Positions 16,787-24,108 of a DNA stretch of 24,108 bases are shown piece after piece (the stretch's first letter is position 1; each line of letters starts with the position of its first letter). This DNA comes from Trueperaceae bacterium. GTDB lineage: Bacteria; Deinococcota; Deinococci; Deinococcales; Trueperaceae. A program made the position numbers and the translations under genes. Under the pieces are notes generated by a model that was not told where the DNA came from, did no database searches, and worked only from the letters and a program-made list of their open reading frames with translations. The stretch is taken from positions 1 through 24,108 of the forward strand of contig CBDCDZ010000001.1 of the NCBI GenBank assembly GCA_965215565.1, read 5' to 3'.

Positions 16787-17826
16787 GAGCGCCACCCCGT
16801 GAACTGGGCGCGGCGGCGCTGCCTGAAGGTTTGAGGGTTGGAAGCAGAGACGTTTCGCGGCTCTCCAAAACCCGCCTCGAGCCCGCTCTTTATAGTTCGC
16901 ACGGCTTCATCTCGGGGTAGCCCGCACATAGAAGCGGCACCCTGTAAAGCATCTTCTACACTTGCGCGCTCGAGCGCCCCCGCCCCGACAAGCTGACCCA
17001 GGCAGAAAGCAGCGCGGTTAAGGGTGGCGTTGCGCGTCCCTTCGGGAGCACTCGCCACTCGGTCATGCTCATTCTGTAAGGCTGAAAGGGCGTAGCGGCG
17101 TTCAGTTTTACCGCTCTTTTCCAGGCATCTTTCTTTTAACACAGGGCGCGGCGCGAGAGCTCGGGCCACCTCCGGCCACGCCTCTAACAGTTCATTACGA
17201 GAGTATGGCAGGGCGTCGGCATAGCGGAGGAGCTTTACGCTCACCGGCTTCCCCTTACAGTGGTAAAAGCCCGGTAAGCGCATCACGCGGGGCAGATCGC
17301 ACACGCTCTCGTCACCCCCAAAAAGGAGAGCGAGCGCTTTTTGTGCTCGCTTGAACTCGTGTAGTGGCAGACCTTTAATACGCCAGTAGGCGTGGAATCT
17401 GCCGGGGCTGCTCTCGACCAAAAGGTGAGGCTCGAGGGGCCAGGTCAGAGGTAACGGTGCCCCGTCGAGGTCGATGAACATAGCTCGAACACGGATCACG
17501 TTCTCTTTGGCGCGGCCCTTGCCGTCGCCCGCATTGACCATCACGTGTACGCCTGCGCCCAGCCGGTTCAGGCGAGCCAGCGCGTCGGCGTGCTCCCTTA
17601 CGCTGCCGTGTCGAACTGTGGCAAGGGAGGGATGTCTCTTGCTGTCGTCAAAAGTTTGAAAGGTGAAAGCCTCACCCGCTGCAAGGGTGTTAAGAAATCT
17701 CGCGCAGACCTCAAGAAGGGGGCGAAGAGAAGGGCCGGATAGACGTAAGGGCAAAGGACCTGCTACACTACTCCTTACAGTTTTGGTTGTGCCCTGCGCC
17801 CCTTCCCTTAAAGGGGCCTTTTTCAT
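16783..17826 (-). CDS. RepB'-type (AEP superfamily) DNA primase with PriCT-like C-terminal domain
   Basis: FQTFDD, GVHVMVN, RAMFIDLDG (DxD), ESSPGRFHAYW, DLPRVMRLPG, GTRNATLNRAAF; ATGA overlap with the upstream gene places the start at 17826. Confidence 0.85.
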   Translation of the reverse strand: MKKAPLREGAQGTTKTVRSSVAGPLPLRLSGPSLRPLLEVCARFLNTLAAGEAFTFQTFDDSKRHPSLATVRHGSVREHADALARLNRLGAGVHVMVNAGDGKGRAKENVIRVRAMFIDLDGAPLPLTWPLEPHLLVESSPGRFHAYWRIKGLPLHEFKRAQKALALLFGGDESVCDLPRVMRLPGFYHCKGKPVSVKLLRYADALPYSRNELLEAWPEVARALAPRPVLKERCLEKSGKTERRYALSALQNEHDRVASAPEGTRNATLNRAAFCLGQLVGAGALERASVEDALQGAASMCGLPRDEAVRTIKSGLEAGFGEPRNVSASNPQTFRQRRRAQFTGWRS

Positions 17827-18092
17827 TGAGCGTCCGGCTCCTGCCGCCAGCCGCCGGGTAGCGCCTCGCCGCCCGCCTCGAGCCACGCCTCGAATTTGTC
17901 CGGGTCGAACCGGACCTTGCGCCCGAAGCGGACGAGACCGCCGATCCGGTCTTGTCTGGCCGCTTCATAAACGGTACTCAGGGGCACGTCCAGGCGGTGT
18001 GCTACGGCGTCGGGCTTAAGAAGTTTACGCACGCTGTGACGATTACTTTCTTGTACCTCGTGATACTTCTTTGCTTCTGCTAAGGTGCTCAT
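17823..18092 (-). CDS. Excisionase/AlpA-like HTH DNA-binding protein
   Basis: LLKPDAVAHRLDVPLSTVYEAAR...VRFGRKVRFDPDKFEAWL; AAAGGA RBS before ATG 18092. Confidence 0.85.
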   Translation of the reverse strand: MSTLAEAKKYHEVQESNRHSVRKLLKPDAVAHRLDVPLSTVYEAARQDRIGGLVRFGRKVRFDPDKFEAWLEAGGEALPGGWRQEPDAQ

Positions 18093-18766
18093 AGACTGTC
18101 CTTTCACGGTTGAAAATCGTGAGTTGCGGGGCGGTCGCTTGTTAGGGTTCGAGAGTGCTCGGGTTGCCAAACATTTGCACTCTCGAGCTCACTACATGCT
18201 GGGTGGGCGTATAGGTTTCACCTCCGTAGAGAGAACTCACCCCACAATCATGTACGGTGAAGATATAAAACGCGAGCAGTTAAGGAGAGTTCACGCTTAG
18301 CTTCATCTGGTCCGAGAATTACTAGAGGAGTGGAAGCCTAATGAACAGGTACAGCAATGACGATAAAGCTGCGGCCTACACAATCCTGCGCTTATAAATA
18401 CACGATAAGAATGGGACATCTGTCAGACCGCCTGCATACGCGCTCAACTTGATGGTATCTTTACTAGCGGCAGCGGACCTGCTTGGTGTGAGCCATAAGG
18501 TGGACCGTGTACCAACTCACCCCCTCATTCTTGGACGCATTCGCCGTGACAACAACGCAGTCGAAACATCATGTGCTCTGCTCGCGGTTCTACGGCTTTT
18601 TATTTTTGTGACTCTCACCAGCTTTGCACAAAAAGTAGCTCCCGAGCTAATACTTTTCCGCTGCCCAAGGTCGATGGCAACTTTAGGACAATTTACTCCG
18701 TCTCCGACGCTACTCACATGGTGCCTGACAGTGCTAGATTGTAATGAGTTTCAGACCGAAGCATGT

Positions 18767-20089
18767 TTATGACTTTTTATGGACTTTTTGTGCAAAGTCA
18801 CTCTCACCCTTTTTATTGATGACAGAACTGCCGTTAAAGTCTTTCTTCGTAATCTTGAGCCGCCCTTCGTCATCAAGCACTGCGAGAAGATGATTCCATA
18901 TCTGATCGAACACGCCATCTTTTTCCCAGCGGCTTGCCCAGTGGTGTGTGGTAGAGGGAGAGGCGTATCCTCTCCCTCTCGGAATGTCTCGATACTGGCA
19001 ACCCGTCCTAAACCGATAGACAAGGCTACTCAGCACCTCGCGGTCCTGCTTGCGCCGCCGCCCTACGGAGGGTTGAGGAGGCAAAAACGGCTCAATACGC
19101 TTCCAATGTTTGTCACTTAATCTTGTGTCGATTCTGCCTTCAACATCACCGTTGGCTTGCATTTTCAAACCGCGTGGTCCGAGAGACACACCAATCAGGT
19201 TGGCAAGTCTAGTTGTCGCGTCACAAACATTCTGGGGTGATACTACTGACTCGAACTCCTCCAAAGTGTTTTTGTCCAGAGCGTTTTGCACCTTATTTAC
19301 TTCTTCGGCAACTTCATCACAAGTACGCTTTTCAATGTGTCGCAGATAGAGCCAATGAAAATGTTCTGTGGGCTCGCTGACTGTACCTGCTTGCCGCTTC
19401 TTCTTTCCTATTTTTGTCTGCCGCTTCTTGTTTCCTCTGTCTGTATACCCTTGACTTCTAGCCTGTTCCTCCACCATTTCCGCGTACTCATCAATGTAGT
19501 TTTGAAAATAGAGCAACATCAACTTCTTAAACTTCTTGCGCTTACTCTTAGAAGGGTTATATCTAAAATGCCTCGAAAATATTGGCCCGATTCGCTTCTC
19601 TTCGCTTTCCTTCTTTGACACTAGATATGAGTAAAAATCCGGGACACCCTTCAAAACTGGGTCCGTGGGTGCTGGGTACTGGGAAAGGTATCTAAAGCCG
19701 GTGAAACGTTCGATATCCTCTCGATTTTCATTCACCTCACTCAAAAGTGCTAAACCAACGTCTTTGCACCACTCCCCAAGGCGTTCCAAAAAGAAATCTC
19801 TGTACCATCTATTTATAGCCTCCCGTAGTTCGAGATAGTCTTGTTTGTAGGGTTCATAGTAATACACGCTGTAGTCGTACCTGCTAGCTTTACCCTCTAC
19901 TAAATCAACCAGTAAATTATAGGAATGAACACCCGCTTTTTCGTAGAATTTAAAGCAACTTTCCCTCAAACTAATAATTACTTCTGGTTCGTGTTCAGAA
20001 AAGACGATAAAATATCTGAATCTCGCTTCTCTTACAGCGCTATCTTGATCATCAAAAGGTTTGAAAAGTTCGCCACGGCCTAGCTGCAC
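18767..20089 (-). CDS. Hypothetical HTH-containing protein fused in frame to an IS5-family transposase N-terminal (DUF4096-like) domain
   Basis: HFHWLYLRHIEKRTCDEVAEEV...VSPQNVCDATTRLA HTH-like segment, then RLSDKHWKRIEPFLP...DREVLSSLVYRFRTGCQYRDIP..YASPST..RWEKDGVFDQIW (about 18800-19123). Confidence 0.75.
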   Translation of the reverse strand: MQLGRGELFKPFDDQDSAVREARFRYFIVFSEHEPEVIISLRESCFKFYEKAGVHSYNLLVDLVEGKASRYDYSVYYYEPYKQDYLELREAINRWYRDFFLERLGEWCKDVGLALLSEVNENREDIERFTGFRYLSQYPAPTDPVLKGVPDFYSYLVSKKESEEKRIGPIFSRHFRYNPSKSKRKKFKKLMLLYFQNYIDEYAEMVEEQARSQGYTDRGNKKRQTKIGKKKRQAGTVSEPTEHFHWLYLRHIEKRTCDEVAEEVNKVQNALDKNTLEEFESVVSPQNVCDATTRLANLIGVSLGPRGLKMQANGDVEGRIDTRLSDKHWKRIEPFLPPQPSVGRRRKQDREVLSSLVYRFRTGCQYRDIPRGRGYASPSTTHHWASRWEKDGVFDQIWNHLLAVLDDEGRLKITKKDFNGSSVINKKGESDFAQKVHKKS

Positions 20090-20137
20090 TATCCTTCTCC
20101 ATCCATAAGTAGCCTCGTGTGCTTGTAGTGAGCCGAC

Positions 20138-21973
20138 CTATGAGCACTTAGATTCATTAGGATTGAGCTCTGCTAGAGCATGAGATGGGTAGAGCAACTT
20201 ATACGCCTCATCCATTGCTCTATTGAGCCTATCGGAAAGTTGAGTTTCCTGGAGTGGGCGCTCTCTCGATGCTGCGAGGTTTGCAAGAAAGACGTCGAAT
20301 CGTTCGTATCTGTGCGCCCTTGCTTTCTGAGAAAATAGTTCTTCAAGATCGAGGTCGCCCGCCTCTGCCCAGCTCGCAAGGTGCTCGAGCGATTCAATGT
20401 GGAGCCACTGAGGCGGTACCCAAAAAGCTTCCGGGTACAACTGGTTGCGCTCGAGCAGCCGTTCTAGGTAGCCTTCGTACACAACGCGGTCAACATGCAA
20501 ATCTGCAAGGTGAGTCAGCACGGCGTACACCCGGAGAAAAGGAGAGCCAAATTTGTGACGTGCGTACCTCTGTATCGCGCTGGCTGTTCGCGTTTGCTGA
20601 TTCATTCCGCGCGTGAGGAGACCTTTGTCCTCACCCTTCGTCTCTCCCGCGGAGCGTTTCTCTACCTCGAGCTGCTCGAGTACCTTATCAGGCGGTCCGA
20701 GAACTCGGTCTCCAGAACCTCCCAACAAGAATTCCGTGTTAAGCCGGAGTGCTTTATGTTCAAAAACTACGGCTGTGTCAGCACGTGAAAGGAGAGCATC
20801 AGAAAGTTCGCCACCTCCACCGGGACGTGGTGGGTTTGGTGTAAAGTTCCAGGCACCTTGACAGACGTTTGCTGCGATGGAAGCAATAAGCTCGTTCGCG
20901 TAGTCATTGTACGCGTTGCCAAGCGCTACCTGAAAGCGTTCCCGTTCCGCTTTCGGTAGGCGCTCAGAAAGAAGAAAGTACGGCTCGTCAACCACCTTCA
21001 TCAGCAGGAAGTGGGCAACCGGGCAGACCAGTTCTCCTGGGCGCGCTTCGATAAGGGGCGTAATACGCAACTGCACGAAATCAAGGTCGGGTTGAGCATT
21101 AGGCATGTTCGAACGCCAAGCCCGGTAACGCTCCTCATAACGCTCTGGTGTTGTCGACCACCAACTCAGTACAGCTTTCACCTCCTCTTTATGGTCTTCG
21201 AGTTCGTCAACAAATGGGGATGTAACGAGCCAGTGTCCGCTTGCACTTGGGTTTGGGTGGTTTTCCTCACCTCTTTTAAGCTGGTCCAAAAACAATTGGC
21301 TGGTGATGGCTGCCACCACTGCGAAGTACACGTCGAGCCCAACGCCTGTCACTCGTTTGAATACGTCGCACACATCAAAATAGTGGGGAAGCCGCTCGAG
21401 GAGAAGGGTGCGATGTCGCATCAAGCTACGGAAAAAATCACCTACACCAAAGGATTGGCTAAACTGCCAGTGACGCAAAAAATCCAGCGCCACGCGCTTC
21501 CGCTCTTTAAGTCCTATATTGTTTTGGATTGAAGTACCTTGGTTAAGGTGATCGTTCGCAACAAGGAGGAGTCGAATCATCCTTGCGCGGTAGGCATTAT
21601 TAAAGCTGGATGTAAGGCCGCCGCGCTTGGCGTTTAGCAGCGCCTGATGAGAAAGCCAGGCGAGATTCTGAGTATGAACAATTCCATGACGTTCCACATT
21701 AAGCGCGTTGTACCTACATCTATAGGATAACTGCTCAGGAAAGTTGTCGCCCAAAGCACTTGCTAAAAGCTGCTTTTGATGCGAAGAGTGATAGAACTCC
21801 GGCCCCCTTTGCAAAGCATCCATCGAAACTGCACCCAAAATGCCAAGAACACCATCTAAGTTATGAAAGCTCAATTCGGCCTGAACCTCGTTGAAAGACA
21901 CCTGCCGTCCACCAAGTTGCGTATAGGTGGTGGAGGTTTGAAGGTGGGGACCAAAGGGATTTTCAGCATCCAT
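20138..21973 (-). CDS. Large hypothetical protein with C-terminal PD-(D/E)xK (restriction-endonuclease/NERD-like) motif
   Basis: Long open frame; LGNAYNDY...ELSDALLSRADTAVVFEHKA gives a D-x11-ExK arrangement; start uncertain (21973 or 22015). Confidence 0.65.
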   Translation of the reverse strand: MDAENPFGPHLQTSTTYTQLGGRQVSFNEVQAELSFHNLDGVLGILGAVSMDALQRGPEFYHSSHQKQLLASALGDNFPEQLSYRCRYNALNVERHGIVHTQNLAWLSHQALLNAKRGGLTSSFNNAYRARMIRLLLVANDHLNQGTSIQNNIGLKERKRVALDFLRHWQFSQSFGVGDFFRSLMRHRTLLLERLPHYFDVCDVFKRVTGVGLDVYFAVVAAITSQLFLDQLKRGEENHPNPSASGHWLVTSPFVDELEDHKEEVKAVLSWWSTTPERYEERYRAWRSNMPNAQPDLDFVQLRITPLIEARPGELVCPVAHFLLMKVVDEPYFLLSERLPKAERERFQVALGNAYNDYANELIASIAANVCQGAWNFTPNPPRPGGGGELSDALLSRADTAVVFEHKALRLNTEFLLGGSGDRVLGPPDKVLEQLEVEKRSAGETKGEDKGLLTRGMNQQTRTASAIQRYARHKFGSPFLRVYAVLTHLADLHVDRVVYEGYLERLLERNQLYPEAFWVPPQWLHIESLEHLASWAEAGDLDLEELFSQKARAHRYERFDVFLANLAASRERPLQETQLSDRLNRAMDEAYKLLYPSHALAELNPNESKCS

Positions 21974-22103
21974 AACTATGAACAGTACCAAAAAGTGATT
22001 TGATGATAGAACCAATCCACTTTTTAAGACAGGTGTTAGTGTAAGTAATAGTGTGCAAGATGCACTACCCTGTCACGGCCCATCTTTTTGCTCCGAGTTT
22101 TGT

Positions 22104-22866
22104 TTACATTCGCTTGTCGTCAGTTCCTGCGGTGTCTTCTCCGCTGCCCACCCTCTTAAGCCACCGTCTCGCGGTGTCCGGCTCCCAGCCGAGGATGCGC
22201 TTGGACGAGGCTCGTTGCTCCTTGGGGTAGAACTTGGCGAGCCCCTCGAGCGCCGCACTCGCCTCCACGTTGAGCGTGACGAAGCGGTGCTTATAGCCGT
22301 AAAGCCGACGCGCCTCGGGCAAGAGGTTCCCCCAGGTGCGCGTGCAAGCCTCGGGCACCGTCAAGCCCCAGCATGAGGAGCGCGAACAGCACCCGCAGCT
22401 TGGCCCGCAGCAGGGGGCTCTCTATCGCTTCAACGGCCCCCTCCGCTGCCTGACGCAGGGGACGCCTCGGCGGGGTGGGCGTGACCAACTTGAACGGCTG
22501 ATACATGTCGTCCATCTTCACGGGCCGAACGCTCGCCCAGCGTAACGCTTTGGTAAGCGCGCTCGCGCCCATCAGGTAGCCCTTGACCGTGGAGGGGGCG
22601 AACGGCTGGGGCTCGAGCCACGCCAAGAATGCCTCGGCGTCCTCGCGTGTGAGGTGGTCGAGGGGTGGGCGCACCTTTCTGTCGAGCCCGTGCCACCAAT
22701 CGAGGAGCTTGGCAGCGCCGTCCCAGCGGGCGCGGTAGGTCTCGTCGGTCTAGCGCTTAGCGTCGGCGTAGGCCCGCAGCACGGAGCGCGAACACCGGTT
22801 GTCGCCGTGGTGAGAAGCGTCGTAGGACTGGTCGATGAGTGGGCGGTGGGGTGCATACGAGGGCAT
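22104..22866 (-). pseudogene. Degenerate tyrosine-recombinase-like gene (core-binding domain plus partial catalytic fold), disrupted
   Basis: ATG 22866 with TAGCCT 6 nt upstream; in-frame TAG at 22750-22752; LDHLTREDAEAFLAWL..FAPSTVKGYL (SAM-like); extra G near 22366-22369 shifts LLMLG into LTVPEAC..TWGNL. Confidence 0.6.
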
Positions 22867-23144
22867 GACGCCAGGCTAGACAACCGGCGGGGTCAGTCCA
22901 GGCACACCGGGTGTTCTGGAAGCCCGAGTCGTAAAAGGGCTGGGTACCCATGAATCACCCGAAGTGCAAGTAATTATTTCTCGCCCTAACGGCGGAGGGG
23001 CATGCAGGACGGAGAAAAGCCCTCTTTTCTGGGGTGATTAACTTGTGTCGCACACCTGGTGTGCCGACTTTTTCCGCACCTGCTCGTCGGGCGCTCATCC
23101 CGCGGACGGGGTGCGCCCCCGCGGGTGGTGCGCCTAGACCGTGG

Positions 23145-24050
23145 TCACGACGGTTGTGGGCTCGAGCGAGCTTCGGCCCTCTCTTCATCGAGCGGGTGGT
23201 AGTCCTCGCAGTGGGGGGCGGGACGCAGCTTGTCAACGCCGCAGGTCAACCTCTCATCGTCCCAGTAGGTGCAGCGGCAGGGGTTGAGCGCTTCCGCTGC
23301 GCATTCGACCGCCTGATGTCCATACACCTTTGCGACCGCCTCTTTAGGAACGAGGAAATCCCCTTCACGTTGAGGGTGCGGCACGACACCATACTTGTTG
23401 TTCGTGAGCGACCGGCTCTCTTGATCAAGCTGAGCAATCAGCTTTGTTTCATTGAGGAACCCAGAAAAGAGAGGGGTGGAGAGGTTACAAGCGTTGAGGT
23501 CTATGTCTTCTAGGTAAAGGACATGCGAAAAGGTGAGGTCTGGGATGGGCTCGTCTTGGAACACCCACACGCCGTCCTGGCTGTATCTCAGGGTATAGCT
23601 TCTGGTCGCCGTTTTGAGAAGGTAAAGCCCGTTCTTAAACACAACACGGCCTTCGTAGCAGATGAAACCCCTATAGCCTGGAGGCCTTTCTTTATCTCTA
23701 AAATTGTTCGGGACCCATAGCGTATTTGAAGGGAGGCACAGGTATTTGACACCCCACTCCCGAAGAAACTGACAAGTTTTTGTCTCTGGCAACCCGATGT
23801 CTAGCTCAACGGCTATTCTCGAGCCCGGACGCGTCAGCAGCGCCAGGAGGAGCAGCGCCTTGTTCTTGATATTCCCCCAGAACTCTACACCGTCATAGGA
23901 GCTCTCTTGCCCCCTTGGCCGGGTGCGGCGCAGTTGCGCCACCGCGCTCCGGTGTGTGTAGCTTTCCGCCACTTCCTCGACCTGTCGGCGCAATGCCTTC
24001 ATCTCTGAAGGGTCGCGGTTCAGCCACTCTTCCCATCGAAGATTTTGCAT
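23145..24050 (-). CDS. Hypothetical protein (301 aa) with Cys-rich C-terminus
   Basis: Long ORF with ATG start; ends CRCTYW...LTCGV...HCEDY (possible Zn site); no family recognised. Confidence 0.7.
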   Translation of the reverse strand: MQNLRWEEWLNRDPSEMKALRRQVEEVAESYTHRSAVAQLRRTRPRGQESSYDGVEFWGNIKNKALLLLALLTRPGSRIAVELDIGLPETKTCQFLREWGVKYLCLPSNTLWVPNNFRDKERPPGYRGFICYEGRVVFKNGLYLLKTATRSYTLRYSQDGVWVFQDEPIPDLTFSHVLYLEDIDLNACNLSTPLFSGFLNETKLIAQLDQESRSLTNNKYGVVPHPQREGDFLVPKEAVAKVYGHQAVECAAEALNPCRCTYWDDERLTCGVDKLRPAPHCEDYHPLDEERAEARSSPQPS

Positions 24051-24108
24051 CTGCTTTACCTAACTTGCTTCATTGAAGTCGTAGGCAGAGCTTGTTTTAA
24101 AGCGCATC

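Larger units (their letters stand above)
1..24108. mobile_element. Integrative, phage-satellite-like (PICI/P4-like architecture) genomic island carrying defence cargo; boundaries not resolved
   Basis: Integrase, HTH repressor, excisionase-like HTH, primase and helicase are present with R-M, TA and nuclease cargo. No capsid, tail, conjugation or housekeeping genes were recognised. Confidence 0.65.

Noticed and set aside
17798..17823. GCCCCTT/AAGGGGC hairpin followed by a T run
   Set aside because: It would terminate only an antisense (+) transcript and lies within the primase start; no supporting transcript is evident.
18751..19023. Possible frameshifted ORF B of an IS5 transposase
   Set aside because: Both alternative frames after AAAAAGGG stop quickly and lack DDE motifs, so there is no intact IS5.

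Overview
The window looks like the interior of an integrated, phage-satellite-like mobile element. The host is probably in Deinococcota (Truepera/Meiothermus-like); this is inferred from strong CTCGAG over-representation and several leaderless-style -10 boxes. Backbone: tyrosine integrase and Cro/C1-type HTH gene beside a perfectly palindromic 42-bp divergent promoter at the left end, and an excisionase/AlpA-like HTH, RepB'-type primase and DUF927-like P-loop helicase operon at 14.2-18.1 kb. Cargo is mostly defence-like: a type I restriction-modification operon (hsdR-hsdS-hsdM) with a DUF4258/DUF2283-like toxin-antitoxin pair inserted inside it, a DUF4365-like nuclease, a RES-domain protein, a PD-(D/E)xK-like protein and an HTH protein fused to the N-terminal domain of an IS5 transposase. 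Pseudogenes include a nucleotidyltransferase, a degenerate recombinase-like gene and a TnpB 3' remnant with an intact IS200/IS605 right end. The least explained structure is 12.6-14.2 kb: three homologous arrays of a quasi-palindromic AACCCATGAGTY box at 25-27 bp period, a separate GTAGTGCCTAC direct/inverted repeat set, and three tiny ORFs. All family calls come from motifs read by eye, not database searches. Neither element boundary is visible.
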